A DNA stretch of 64,000 nt from Thermoplasmata archaeon (GCA_035933635.1 DASYYY010000022.1:130417-194416); one strand, 5' to 3'; shown: positions 1 through 9,463, numbered from the stretch's first letter. The notes: generated from the letters alone by a model not told the origin. Made by a program: numbers and translations.

Positions 1-59
1 ACCCTGTGTGTTTATATGTCAGTGCAGGGTCGTACAAGTGGGAGGACTCCCACCCGGGG

Positions 60-1070
60 ATGGAGGCACGCGAGCGGACGATTGCCCGCGTGCGGGAGCT
101 CCTCGAGCGCGCCGGGTTCGTCGTATCGGATGCGCACGGCATCCGTCCGACCAGCTTCGACCTGATGGTCCGGCGCGATTCGCAACTTCTGATCCTGAAG
201 GTCCTGAAGAACATCGACGCTCTTGCGCCGGAAGAAGCCAACCGGCTTCGCGTTCTGGGCGAGCTGTTCCACGCGACCCCATTGATCCTGGGCGAAGCGT
301 CGGGTGCGACGATGCTCGAATCGGGAGTGGTCTACACGCGCTACGGCGTGCCGATCCTCACGGAGGAGAGCTTCGGGGAGTATCTCCTCCGGGGGGTCCC
401 CCCGTTCTTGTTCTCGAGCCCGGGCGGAGTATTCGCCCGAATCGACGGCTCCCGCCTCCGCGAGCTACGCGAGGCCCGGGGGCTCTCGCTCGGAGCCCTC
501 GCCGGCATCGCTGGCGTGACCCGGCGGACGATCCAGCTGTACGAGGACGGCGGGGGCGCCGAGATCTCCATCGTCGAGCGGATCGAGACCTATCTCCACG
601 ATACGGTCGTGCGGCCCGTCGAGGTCTTTCCGGTCCGTCCGGCTTCCCCGTCGAAGTCGGCCGACCCGGCGGAGCGCGAGTCGGAGTCGGCGCCCCCGCC
701 GCGCCCCCCGGCCCAGGTGCTCCCGACCGGCGACGTGCTGCGCGACGACGTCTTCCGTCAGCTCGACACGATGGGCTTCCGCGTGGTCGTTACGGTCCGG
801 TGCCCGTTCGATGCGTTCACCCACGCCGATGCACGTGGCGAGGAGGAGATCCTCCTCACGGGGGTCGGCTCGCTCCGGAGCGCGGCGAACCGTGCCGAGG
901 TGCTCCAGGGTCTCGCCCAAGTGATCGAGGGCCACTCGATGTTCGTCACCCGCGACAAGACGCACCGCGAGTCGATCGACGGGCTGCCGATCATCACCAT
1001 CCGCGAGCTGCACCGCCACCGCGACCCGGACGAGCTGGTCGAGCTCCTCCACGAGCGAGAAGGTCCGTGA
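60..1070 (+). CDS. archaeal HTH (XRE-type) transcriptional regulator, COG1395-like, with N- and C-terminal extra domains
   Basis: 354-aa frame. Central helix-turn-helix (RELREARGLSLGALAGIAGVTRRTIQLYEDG) flanked by about 140-aa N- and C-domains, the COG1395 architecture. First ATG at 60 inside the GTG-initiated track ORF 6..1070. Confidence 0.7.
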   Translation: MEARERTIARVRELLERAGFVVSDAHGIRPTSFDLMVRRDSQLLILKVLKNIDALAPEEANRLRVLGELFHATPLILGEASGATMLESGVVYTRYGVPILTEESFGEYLLRGVPPFLFSSPGGVFARIDGSRLRELREARGLSLGALAGIAGVTRRTIQLYEDGGGAEISIVERIETYLHDTVVRPVEVFPVRPASPSKSADPAERESESAPPPRPPAQVLPTGDVLRDDVFRQLDTMGFRVVVTVRCPFDAFTHADARGEEEILLTGVGSLRSAANRAEVLQGLAQVIEGHSMFVTRDKTHRESIDGLPIITIRELHRHRDPDELVELLHEREGP

Positions 1071-1708
1071 TCCGGGCGCGCCCCGACGGTGTTCGGGGGG
1101 TCGAGATCGTCGGCGTGGTCCGGGGGATCGCGCGGGAGGCGGTCGAGCTCTCCCGCGTGCTCGAGGAGACCTCCCCCGAGGTCGTCGCGCTCGCCCTCTC
1201 GACCGAGGAAGCGCAGAGTCTCACCGAGCACTTCGTCCAGCGGCCGACCGAGCCGTTCGTCCCCTTGCTCGGTAGCGAGACGGTGGAGATTCGTGAGCTG
1301 TCCCGCTACGGCGAGGTCCGGGTCCCGCATCCGGCGTTTCTCGAAGCGCTCGAGTGGGCCAAGCGCCGCAATCGGCGCATCGTGCCCGTCGACCCGAGCG
1401 AAGAACGGTACGCCGAGATGTTCGCTGAGGAGATCGGGTACTTTGAACTGGTGCGGCGCACCCTGCGGGAGAAGCGTCTTTTGCGCTCCCCCCCGAAGGC
1501 GCCGGACGCCGACGGATTCATCCTCGACTGGGACCGGATCCTCAATCGCGGGGGTGGCAGCCGAAGGCTCCAGCGGCGCCGTGAGGCGGCCGTCGCGGAG
1601 GCGTTGCGCTCCCTCGCGCCGCGAGCGCGGGGTATCAGCTGCGTGATCGACCGGGAGCGGGTCCCAGCGTTGCTCGCCGCCCTCGAAGCGCCTGTGTCGG
1701 CGAACTAG
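1067..1708 (+). CDS. hypothetical protein, TraB/PrgY-like fold possible (no GTxH motif)
   Basis: C-terminal 213 aa of track ORF 8..1708 has non-junk composition (VEIVGVVRGIAREAVELSRVLEETSPEVVALAL...). GTG start overlaps the upstream stop as GTGA. The 5' two-thirds of the track ORF is R/P-rich overprint of gene 60..1070. Confidence 0.5.
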   Translation: MIRARPDGVRGVEIVGVVRGIAREAVELSRVLEETSPEVVALALSTEEAQSLTEHFVQRPTEPFVPLLGSETVEIRELSRYGEVRVPHPAFLEALEWAKRRNRRIVPVDPSEERYAEMFAEEIGYFELVRRTLREKRLLRSPPKAPDADGFILDWDRILNRGGGSRRLQRRREAAVAEALRSLAPRARGISCVIDRERVPALLAALEAPVSAN

Positions 1709-2235
1709 GGCCGCGTCGCGGACTCGACCGCCGCGCGGGTCCCGCCGGCATCGAGCTGCGCGGCTCCGACGCCCAGCACATCGGGCCGGTAGGCCCATCC
1801 CCGGAGCAGCACCGAGTCGGGAACGATCCGGACCAAGCGCATCGGCAGACGCCCCTGGACCGTGCCGGATTCCGAGCGCGGCGAGGCGTGGTACCCGGCC
1901 AAGTGTCGGTAGTAGCGCGTGAGCAGCCGGGAGCCCCGGGCGTCGTCGAACGGTTCGACGGTGGCGTTCCCCCGGAGGCTCACGTGCTGCAGGAGCCCCT
2001 CCCGGGGACGGAAATCTACGACGGCGACGGCGACCCGGCCGTCCGAGGCCACGCGGCGCTGGAAGGTGTTGTACCCGTCCTCCACGATGGTCCACAGCGC
2101 GCCCTCCTCCCAGATGAACCAGGCCACGGAGGCACGCCCGCCCTCGGGAGAGAGCGTGGAGATGATGGCGAGTAGCGGGCGGGTCAGGAACTCATCGAGG
2201 TCGTACTCCCCTCCCTTCCCGCGGGTGATCCGCAT
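1705..2235 (-). CDS. pyridoxamine 5'-phosphate oxidase-family flavoprotein (PPOX class, probably F420-dependent)
   Basis: 176 aa. DEFLTRPLLAIISTLSPEGGRASVAWFIWEEGALW...VAVAVVDF matches the PNPOx-like split-barrel FMN/F420-binding family. Convergent 4-nt overlap with the upstream gene. Confidence 0.75.
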   Translation of the reverse strand: MRITRGKGGEYDLDEFLTRPLLAIISTLSPEGGRASVAWFIWEEGALWTIVEDGYNTFQRRVASDGRVAVAVVDFRPREGLLQHVSLRGNATVEPFDDARGSRLLTRYYRHLAGYHASPRSESGTVQGRLPMRLVRIVPDSVLLRGWAYRPDVLGVGAAQLDAGGTRAAVESATRP

Positions 2236-2254
2236 CGGCGGTATCCCCCGGCCC

Positions 2255-2797
2255 TCAGACCTCGCGGTCGAGGATCTCCTGGAGCTTGGTGCGCGCGGCC
2301 GCGCGGAAGGTCTCGAGGCTGCCCTCGTTGAGCAGCATCCCGTCGGCGAGCGTGAAGGCGTTGCCGATCCCCCACTTGAGCTCGCGGCGGTCCCGGTCGT
2401 ACATCTCCTGGAGGTTCGCGCCGTCGTCCCCCCGGCTCCGTTGCATCATCCGGTCGTGCCGGGTCTCGGGCGAGGCGAAGATCCCCAGGACGTAGAAATC
2501 CCCGAAGTTGTGCCGGAACACCGACAGCTCCGCGTCCGAGCGGCAGCCGTCGACGAGCATCTTGGTCTCCGTGAGCTTGGGGAGCGCCCGCTGGGCCCAG
2601 ATCCCCGGGCCGTGCTTGTCCCGCTCCTCGCTGGCGATCCGCGCGACGTTGGCGTTGGTCAGACCGAGCCCCCGACGGCGCGTCTCGTCGCGGACCAGGT
2701 CCCCCATCTTCAGCGTCGCCACCCCCATGCGGTGGGCGACCTCGATGAGCTCGTCCTTGCCGGAGCCCGGCATGCCGACGGTGACGATCAGTCTCAT
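2255..2797 (-). CDS. P-loop nucleotide kinase-like protein, archaeal UPF0200 family (adenylate/dephospho-CoA kinase-like)
   Basis: 180 aa. N-terminal Walker A MRLIVTVGMPGSGKDE. Typical small archaeal kinase-fold protein. Confidence 0.7.
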   Translation of the reverse strand: MRLIVTVGMPGSGKDELIEVAHRMGVATLKMGDLVRDETRRRGLGLTNANVARIASEERDKHGPGIWAQRALPKLTETKMLVDGCRSDAELSVFRHNFGDFYVLGIFASPETRHDRMMQRSRGDDGANLQEMYDRDRRELKWGIGNAFTLADGMLLNEGSLETFRAAARTKLQEILDREV

Positions 2798-3411
2798 GCC
2801 CGGTGGATCGGCTCGGGCCCGCCCGCGGACCCGGCGCCGGCGGCCGGCGCCACGAGCGCCCCTTCGGTCGCCTTCTGCAGTCGATCGGCGCGTTCCCGGT
2901 AGGTCTGGGCCTCGAGCGCCTCGACCCGGGCGTGCTCGAGGTACTCGTCGGACTTCACCTTGAGCTCCGCGGCCTTCTGCGTCTTGATCGCCGCCCGGTG
3001 CTCGAGCTTCTGGGCCTTGTCCTTGAGGTTGACGATCTTCTGTTGGAGCTTCTGGTTGCGGTAGTACATGGCGGTCACGTCGCTCCCGATGACGATGCCG
3101 CGGGTGCGCTCGTTCTGCGCCTGGATCTGACGGCTGTTCTGGTCGATCTGCTGCTGGAGTTCGGGTACTCGGCCGCGGACCGTCTCGGCCTTCTCACGAA
3201 GGACGGTCGCGACGTGACGCAGCTTCTCGATCTTCACGAGCACGCGGGCCTGCTTGGACGTCCAGCGGGAAGACAGGTGGTCGTGCTTCGCGGCGACCTC
3301 GCGCAGCTTGGTGATGTCGGCGTATTCCTGCCCCAGCCAACGACTTTCCCGAGCCGCCACGATGTGAGCGTGCGAGGGGGAGGGCGGGGGCGCCTCTCCG
3401 CCAGAAGACAT
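2794..3411 (-). CDS. coiled-coil protein (PspA/IM30- or Snf7-like, unresolved)
   Basis: 205 aa. Strongly heptad-like Q/K/E/R/L-rich sequence (LQQQIDQNSRQIQAQNERTRG...KLEHRAAIKTQKAAELKVK). ATGA overlap with the downstream kinase. TATA-like CCATATG element just upstream. Confidence 0.55.
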   Translation of the reverse strand: MSSGGEAPPPSPSHAHIVAARESRWLGQEYADITKLREVAAKHDHLSSRWTSKQARVLVKIEKLRHVATVLREKAETVRGRVPELQQQIDQNSRQIQAQNERTRGIVIGSDVTAMYYRNQKLQQKIVNLKDKAQKLEHRAAIKTQKAAELKVKSDEYLEHARVEALEAQTYRERADRLQKATEGALVAPAAGAGSAGGPEPIHRA

Positions 3412-3480
3412 GCTTTTTTGGATGCGGGGCCCGCCATATGACAGTTCCGTCGTCGGAGACGATCGGCGACCCGAGCGGAC

Positions 3481-4998
3481 TCACGCGCTGGCGAGCCGGC
3501 CGGGTCGAGGGGGCGCGGTCGTGCCCCGGAGCCGGTCCGCGAGGGCGGCGATGGGCAGGCGTTCTTGGGACTTCGAGTCCCGCTCGCGCAGGGTCACGGT
3601 GCCGAAGTTCGCGTGACCGGCCTCGATCGTCTCGCCATCGACCGTGATGCAGAAGGGAGTTCCGCCTTCGTCCATACGGGCATAGCGCTTCCCGATCGAG
3701 CCGGCAGCGTCGCTCACGGCCCGGATCCCGGCGGCGCGGAGCGTCTCGACCACACGAATCGCCTCGGCCGAATGTTCCTTCTTCAGGAGCGGGAACACCG
3801 CCACCGGTACCGGCGCGATGTAGGTCGGCAGCCGCCAGAGCGTCCGATCCTCCGTCGCGGAGATCCCCTGATCGGCGAGCGCCCAGAGGTTGCGGTCGAC
3901 GCCGAAGGTCAGCTCCAGGACATGGGGGACCAACCGACGCCCCTCGCCGCGGGCCACGCTCAGGTCCTTACCCGAGCCCGCCCCGTGGCGGGTCAGGTCG
4001 TAGTCGCCGCGGTAGTGGACCGCCCCGAGCTCCTTGTACCCACCGAGGCTCTCCAGCCGGACCTCGACGTCGAACTGGACCTTGTTGTAGAACGCCCGCT
4101 CCTCGTCGGATTTCTCCCACAGGCGGATCGACCCCGGCCGATAGCCCAGAACGTCCCGGTAGAAGCGGTGCGTCGCGGCGAGGTGAAAGACATAGAACTC
4201 CGGCAGCCCGCCGGAGCTGACGAGCTCGCGCGCCCGAACCCCGTGGATCTCGCCGTCTCCGGCGATGCGGGCCGCCGCGCGAACGACCGGCAGCTCGTCG
4301 TCGGCGACCTCCGCGAAGGGGACGGGGAACGCCTCCGGGTCGAAGAAGATCTGGAGCTCCGCCTGCGTGAAGACCCGCATCCGGAACAGCACCTGGCGGG
4401 GCGCGATCTCGTTGCGGTAGGCGTGGCCGATGACCGCGATACCGAGCGGGAGCGCCCTCCGCCCGACCTCCCACATGCGTGAGAAGGCGAGGTAGCTCGC
4501 TTGCGCCGTCTCCGGCTGGAGGTAGGCCTTCTCGCGCCCGGTGACGCCGAAGTCCAGGCCGAACATCAGGTTGAACGGACGGGGCACCTCCAGCTGCGTG
4601 CTCCCGCAGAACGGACACCGGGCCTGGTGCTCCTTCAGGAGCTCGCCGATCTGCGCCGGCGAAAGCCCGTCGACACCCTCCGGACGGGCGGACTCGAGAA
4701 CCGTCTCGGCGCGGAAAGCGTTGTGGCAGCTGCCGCAGGTGACCTCCGGGTCGGTGAAGTTCTCGAGGTGCCCGCTCGCTCGGACGACGGCCTCCGGGAG
4801 GATCTCGGCCGGTTCGATGAGGTAGTAGTCGTCGCTCAGTCCGAGGAACCAGCTCTGCCAAGCGGCCTCGATCCGGGCCTTGAGCGCGGCGCCGAGCGGA
4901 CCGTAGTCGTACAGGCCCTGGGCGCCGCCGTAGATCTCCGCCGAGGGCCACAGCACGCCGCGTCGCCGCAGGAGCGCGAACAGCTCGTCGCTTTTCAT
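3481..4998 (-). CDS. glyS: glycine--tRNA ligase (archaeal/eukaryal-type class II GlyRS)
   Basis: 505-aa portion of track ORF 3481..6174 starting MKSDELFALLRRRGVLWPSAEIYGG. Class II motifs and anticodon-binding domain (FDVEVRLESLGGYKELGAVHYRGDYDL, ITVDGETIE). The N-terminal 392 aa of the track ORF is R/G-rich read-through and is rejected. Confidence 0.93.
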   Translation of the reverse strand: MKSDELFALLRRRGVLWPSAEIYGGAQGLYDYGPLGAALKARIEAAWQSWFLGLSDDYYLIEPAEILPEAVVRASGHLENFTDPEVTCGSCHNAFRAETVLESARPEGVDGLSPAQIGELLKEHQARCPFCGSTQLEVPRPFNLMFGLDFGVTGREKAYLQPETAQASYLAFSRMWEVGRRALPLGIAVIGHAYRNEIAPRQVLFRMRVFTQAELQIFFDPEAFPVPFAEVADDELPVVRAAARIAGDGEIHGVRARELVSSGGLPEFYVFHLAATHRFYRDVLGYRPGSIRLWEKSDEERAFYNKVQFDVEVRLESLGGYKELGAVHYRGDYDLTRHGAGSGKDLSVARGEGRRLVPHVLELTFGVDRNLWALADQGISATEDRTLWRLPTYIAPVPVAVFPLLKKEHSAEAIRVVETLRAAGIRAVSDAAGSIGKRYARMDEGGTPFCITVDGETIEAGHANFGTVTLRERDSKSQERLPIAALADRLRGTTAPPRPGRLASA

Positions 4999-6143
4999 CG
5001 GCTCGGACCCCGTACTCCCCCGGTCGCCGAGCGGATGATGAGGTGATCGGCGGCCCGGGTCACGACCTGGTACTCCGGATCGTCGACGGGGAGGCGGAGC
5101 ACGAGCGGCGGGGCCGGGTTCCCCGCGTCGAGCCGGGATCGCTCGGGCTGCCCGAGCCACTTCCACGGTTCGAGGAACGCGGCGCGAACGAGGAACGACG
5201 GAGAGACCGGGCGCCGCAAGAGGCGTTGGCTCGCGTAGGCGAACTCCAGTTCCCGCAGCATCGAGGGTGCGCTGAACATCGCGTTGTCGGTCCCGAGGAG
5301 GACCCGTACCCCGGCGCGTTCGAACCGCCGGAAGTCCGGCACGTGCCCGAACAGCGCGTTGGAGCGCGGGCAGACGGCGACCGCGACGTTCTCCTCCGCC
5401 ACGGCCCGGAGGTCGGGCTCGGTGGCCCGGAACATGTGGATGAGGAGATCCGGCCGGGGTCGCAGGTACGCGTCGACCGGTTCGCGCACCACCTCGCTGG
5501 CGTGGAGGGCGTAGCGCTTGCCTCGCGTGCGGCAGGCCGAGGCGATGGCCGTCCGCGTGGGGAGGTCCTCCTCCCGCGCGGAGCTGAGCCCGACGCCATC
5601 GGCACGGGCGAGTAATCGATCGAGCTCGCCCCGTTCGAGCGGCCGTGCCAGTGGACGACCGAGCGCAATGACCTCGATGGGGAGTCCCTTGGCCGCGGCG
5701 CGGAGCGTCTCGATGCCGGGGAGACCCTCCTCGCGAAAGTCCACGACCGCACCCACGCCCTCGCGGACCATGCGACCGAGCGCCTCGCGGATGGCGGCAC
5801 GTTTGGCCGCCGGCGGCGTCGCGGACAGGACGCGAAACTTGACCCCGTGCGGGGGGGCGACGATCCTCGAAACCGGGCCCGCGGGCGGCTCGCGGCCGAA
5901 CGCGGCGTCGCCCAAATGGGTGTGCGAGTTCACCGGCGCCGGAAGCGCGATCCCGCGTACGCGCCGCTCGCGCCCCCGCGTCGAATCGGTCCCGATCGCC
6001 CCCCGTTCGACGATGCGTCCGCTCTTGATGCGGAGGTAGCCGGAGTGTGCGCCCTCCGAGTCCACGAGCGCGCCCTCGACGATCATTCGGGGCCGGTCGG
6101 GCGCCGCGCGATATCTCCCTTGCGCCGAAGGAAGCTTCGGCAT
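4995..6143 (-). CDS. metal-dependent amidohydrolase (chlorohydrolase/deaminase-like, SsnA/MtaD-related)
   Basis: 382 aa. HxH metal motif (VNSHTHLGDAAF) and amidohydrolase fold signatures. Real start may be the second Met (MIVEGALVD, near 6086). ATGA overlap with glyS. Confidence 0.8.
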   Translation of the reverse strand: MPKLPSAQGRYRAAPDRPRMIVEGALVDSEGAHSGYLRIKSGRIVERGAIGTDSTRGRERRVRGIALPAPVNSHTHLGDAAFGREPPAGPVSRIVAPPHGVKFRVLSATPPAAKRAAIREALGRMVREGVGAVVDFREEGLPGIETLRAAAKGLPIEVIALGRPLARPLERGELDRLLARADGVGLSSAREEDLPTRTAIASACRTRGKRYALHASEVVREPVDAYLRPRPDLLIHMFRATEPDLRAVAEENVAVAVCPRSNALFGHVPDFRRFERAGVRVLLGTDNAMFSAPSMLRELEFAYASQRLLRRPVSPSFLVRAAFLEPWKWLGQPERSRLDAGNPAPPLVLRLPVDDPEYQVVTRAADHLIIRSATGGVRGPSR

Positions 6144-6194
6144 TCGAGCGGGCGGGCTCGGGTAAGCCTATCACTTGGGTCTCCTCGGCCCCAC

Positions 6195-7100
6195 GTGGAT
6201 GATGCGGAGACTGCAGGTTCCCGGTCGCTCGACCTCCTTGTGGCCGGTCACATCAACATCGACCACTTCCTCACCGTCCGCGAGCTTCCCGGTGTCGACC
6301 GCACGGTGCCGCTCCTGGGCCAGCGCACGGAGCTCGGCGGGACCGCCGCCACCTTGGCACGCGTGGCGGCGCGCGCCGGGGTACGGACCGGGCTCGTCGC
6401 CCGCGTGGGAGAGGACTTCCCGGGGGAGTACCGCCGTCTGCTCACCGGCGAGGGCCTCGACCTGGCCGGAGTGGAGTCGGTCCCCGGGGCGCGGTCGCCG
6501 TGCTGCTTCATCATTCAGGACGAGCTCGAACGACAGGTGACGCTCATCGACCAAGGCGCGATGGGTGACACACGCGGCGCCGGAGCCCCCGACGGTCTCG
6601 TGGGCCGCGCCGACTGGCTGCACTTGGGAACGGGCGATCCGGCCTACCTCTTGCGGCTCCGCCAGGCGGCGCTCTCGCAGAAGGTGCACTTCGTGGTGGA
6701 CCCCGCGCAGGAGATCCATTACCGTTGGGATTCCCCGGCCTTTCGCCGCCTCCTCGAAGGGGCGGAGATTCTGTTCGGCAACGAGGCGGAGATCCAGCGG
6801 GCGCGTCGGCTCGTGGGAGCTTCCAGCGCGAGCGAACTGCTCCGCCACGTTCCGATGGTCGTTGTCACGCGCGCCTCGCGCGGTGCTCGGGCTCTTACCC
6901 GCGGGGGTATCGTCGAGGTCCCCGCCCGGCGCGTGGGACGGCTCAAGCAAGTCACCGGCGCGGGCGATGCGTTCCGGGGGGGGTTCTATGCAGCCTATCT
7001 ACGGGGCGAACCCTTGCGCGCGTCGTTGACCGCCGGAACGCACCGTGCGGCGAGTTGGATCCGTCACGGCGGGTTCGAGCCCGGGGCGCGGAAGAACTGA
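6195..7100 (+). CDS. PfkB-family carbohydrate/nucleoside kinase (ribokinase-like)
   Basis: C-terminal 301 aa of track ORF 5847..7100. LLVAGHINIDH N-terminus, NxxE and the TGAGDAF anion-hole motif near the C-terminus. GTG start inferred at 6195. Confidence 0.8.
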   Translation: MDDAETAGSRSLDLLVAGHINIDHFLTVRELPGVDRTVPLLGQRTELGGTAATLARVAARAGVRTGLVARVGEDFPGEYRRLLTGEGLDLAGVESVPGARSPCCFIIQDELERQVTLIDQGAMGDTRGAGAPDGLVGRADWLHLGTGDPAYLLRLRQAALSQKVHFVVDPAQEIHYRWDSPAFRRLLEGAEILFGNEAEIQRARRLVGASSASELLRHVPMVVVTRASRGARALTRGGIVEVPARRVGRLKQVTGAGDAFRGGFYAAYLRGEPLRASLTAGTHRAASWIRHGGFEPGARKN

Positions 7101-7103
7101 ACA

Positions 7104-8381
7104 ATGAAGATGCGCCCGTTCGGCCAACTACTCCCCGTCGAGACCGCGGTCGCCCGACTCCTGCGGGCAACCCACCCTGTCCGCGGCGTCGAGCACCTCC
7201 CGCTGGAGCTGGCCGCCGGTCGGGTCGCGGCGCGCGTCCACCGGGCGCGCACCAACGTGCCTCCGTTCGCCCGCGCGACGTGGGACGGTTACGCGCTGCG
7301 GTCGCGCGACACCCGCGGGGCTGCGCCGGAGAGCCCGCGGGGGTTGCGGATCGTCGGGGAGGTGTTCGCGGAACGGGCGCTCGAGCGGGCCCTCGGGCCG
7401 AACGAGACCGCCGCGATCGCTACCGGCGCGGCGCTCCCAAGGGGAGCGGATGCGGTGATCATCTTCGAGGAGGCTCCGGTCCGCGGCGACTGGCTGACGG
7501 TCCGTCGGTACGTGCGATTGGGGGAGCGGATCGCGCATCCCGGCGACGATTTCCCGCGCGGGGCCACGCTCGTCCGTCCGGGGGAGACGCTGACACCCGC
7601 GCGGTTGGGGGCGCTGGCGGCGAGCGGGCTGACCTCGACGACGGTCTTCCGAAGACCACGGGTAGCGATCATCCCCAACGGCAACGAGCTCGTCGAGCCC
7701 GGCCGACGGCTGCGCGGCGAGCAGATCTACGAATCGAACAATTTCGTGCTCTCGAGCTTCCTCCGCGCCGCCGGCGCGGAGCCGGAGCCGAATCCGCCGG
7801 TCATCGACGACCCCGCGAGGATCGAGCGGGCCATACGACGAAGTCTGGCCCGCAACGACGTGGTCGTCCTCACCGGCGGGAGCTCGGTGGGGGAGCGGGA
7901 CTTCCTGCCCCAGATCTTCCCGCGGGTCGGACGCCTGCTGTTCCATGGAATCGCGGTGCGCCCGGGCAAGCCCACGCTCGCCGCCTCCGTCGGCGACCGA
8001 CTGCTCCTCGGTCTACCGGGCCATCCGACCTCCTGCCTTTCGAACTGCTTCTGGATGCTCCTCCCGGTACTCCGCAAGCTTGGGCATTGCTCCGGACCTG
8101 GCACCGTTCGGACGACGGTCCGACTGGCCGAAGGCTACGAGATCGAACGCGGACACCTCGCGACGGTGGTGCCCTTCCGGGTCGCCGATGGCCGGGCGTG
8201 GCCCACGTTCAAGGGCTCCTCGGCGATTACCAGCCTGTCCTCCGCGAACGCCTACGCCCTGCTTCCCCCGGGACACGGAAGTCTTCGACGGGGCTCGGCC
8301 CTCGATGTCGAGCTGCTCCCCCCGCCGATCGGGGAGTCGCCCTACGGACCGAGCCCCTTACGCGCGGCCACGAAACGATAA
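7104..8381 (+). CDS. moeA: molybdopterin molybdenumtransferase MoeA
   Basis: 425 aa. MoeA N-domain, MoCF-binding domain (VVVLTGGSSVGERDF) and C-domain. Starts 3 nt after the kinase stop. Confidence 0.9.
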   Translation: MKMRPFGQLLPVETAVARLLRATHPVRGVEHLPLELAAGRVAARVHRARTNVPPFARATWDGYALRSRDTRGAAPESPRGLRIVGEVFAERALERALGPNETAAIATGAALPRGADAVIIFEEAPVRGDWLTVRRYVRLGERIAHPGDDFPRGATLVRPGETLTPARLGALAASGLTSTTVFRRPRVAIIPNGNELVEPGRRLRGEQIYESNNFVLSSFLRAAGAEPEPNPPVIDDPARIERAIRRSLARNDVVVLTGGSSVGERDFLPQIFPRVGRLLFHGIAVRPGKPTLAASVGDRLLLGLPGHPTSCLSNCFWMLLPVLRKLGHCSGPGTVRTTVRLAEGYEIERGHLATVVPFRVADGRAWPTFKGSSAITSLSSANAYALLPPGHGSLRRGSALDVELLPPPIGESPYGPSPLRAATKR

Positions 8382-8406
8382 GCATGGTCGAACGCTTGCA
8401 TCTCTC

Positions 8407-9429
8407 GTGCGCGACCGGTACGGTCGTGAGGTCTCCGACCTCCGCATCTCGCTGACCCAGCGGTGCAACCTGCGCTGCGTGTTCTGCCACATGGAGGGTC
8501 AGCCCGTCGCCCGGGAGGAGCTCACTGTCGCGGAGATCGCCCGCGTCGTCCGGGCGGGCACGCACGTAGGGATCGACCGGGTCAAGCTCACGGGGGGGGA
8601 GCCGACGCTCCGCACCGACCTTCCGGAGATCATCGCCGCGATCCGGCCGCACGTCCGCGAGATCTCCATGACCACGAACGCGCTCCTGCTCGACGGGCTC
8701 GCCCCGACCCTCCGCGCGGCGGGGCTCGACCGGGTCAACGTCAGCTTGCCCAGCCTCGACGCCTCGACCTACCACCGGTTGACCGGCGTCGACGGGGTCG
8801 ATCGGGTCCTTCGGGGGATCCGGGCCGCCGGCGAGGCCGGGTTGCGCCCCATCAAGCTCAACGTCGTCGCGCTCCACGGGGCGACCGACACCCCCGAGGC
8901 GGTCGACGCCCTCGTCCGGTTCGCCCAGGACGCCGGCGCCTGGCTCCAGGTCATCGAGTTCGAGCCCGTGCAGGGCCGTGTGGACCCGCGCATCTACCGC
9001 GCGCTCCATTCCGAGCTCGGTCGACTGACGGAGGAGGCGGCGGCCCAGGCGTTCGAGGTCACCCACAACCGGCTGCACGACCGACCCCGCTACACCTTCG
9101 ACTCCGGCGGGCGGCCCGCGACCGTCGAGGTGGTCCAGCCGGTCGCGAATCCCGACTTCTGCATGGCGTGCCACCGCCTCCGGCTCACCTCGAACGGGTT
9201 GCTCAAGGGCTGCCTGATGACCAACGAGGGCCTGATCGACCTGCGACCGGCCCTGCGCGCCGCCGACGGCCCCGCCGCGCAGGCGGAGTTGGTGGACGCC
9301 TTCGAGCGCGCGGTGCTTCGCCGCCGTCCGTTCTACGTCGGGCCGCAGACCCCCTCGCCCGCACCCGTCCCGGCCGGATTCGAGGAGTCGAGCGGTCCGT
9401 CGGGCGCGCACCTGCCGGTCATCTCCTGA
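8407..9429 (+). CDS. moaA: GTP 3',8-cyclase MoaA (radical SAM)
   Basis: Real part of track ORF 7945..9429. CNLRCVFCH radical-SAM cysteine triad, LRISLTQRC, C-terminal MoaA domain (CMACHRLRLTSNG). GTG start inferred at 8407, 25 nt after moeA. Confidence 0.9.
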   Translation: MRDRYGREVSDLRISLTQRCNLRCVFCHMEGQPVAREELTVAEIARVVRAGTHVGIDRVKLTGGEPTLRTDLPEIIAAIRPHVREISMTTNALLLDGLAPTLRAAGLDRVNVSLPSLDASTYHRLTGVDGVDRVLRGIRAAGEAGLRPIKLNVVALHGATDTPEAVDALVRFAQDAGAWLQVIEFEPVQGRVDPRIYRALHSELGRLTEEAAAQAFEVTHNRLHDRPRYTFDSGGRPATVEVVQPVANPDFCMACHRLRLTSNGLLKGCLMTNEGLIDLRPALRAADGPAAQAELVDAFERAVLRRRPFYVGPQTPSPAPVPAGFEESSGPSGAHLPVIS

Positions 9430-9463
9430 GGGTTCCGCGTTCGGCGATGGAGATCCCCCCACC

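Noticed and set aside
8-1066. 5' two-thirds of the 566-aa track ORF 8..1708 (R/P/G-rich)
   Set aside because: Composition is typical out-of-frame read-through of high-GC DNA (runs of R, P, G, no recognisable domain). It overprints the well-supported regulator gene at 60..1070. Only the 3' 213 codons look protein-like.
4999-6174. N-terminal 392-aa extension of the GlyRS track ORF (3481..6174)
   Set aside because: R/G-rich junk lying antisense/out of frame over the amidohydrolase gene. GlyRS has a canonical MKSDELF N-terminus at 4998.
6725-8455. 576-aa plus-strand ORF rich in R/G/P overlapping moeA
   Set aside because: No domains and extreme Arg/Pro/Gly bias. It is an alternative frame of the moeA region.
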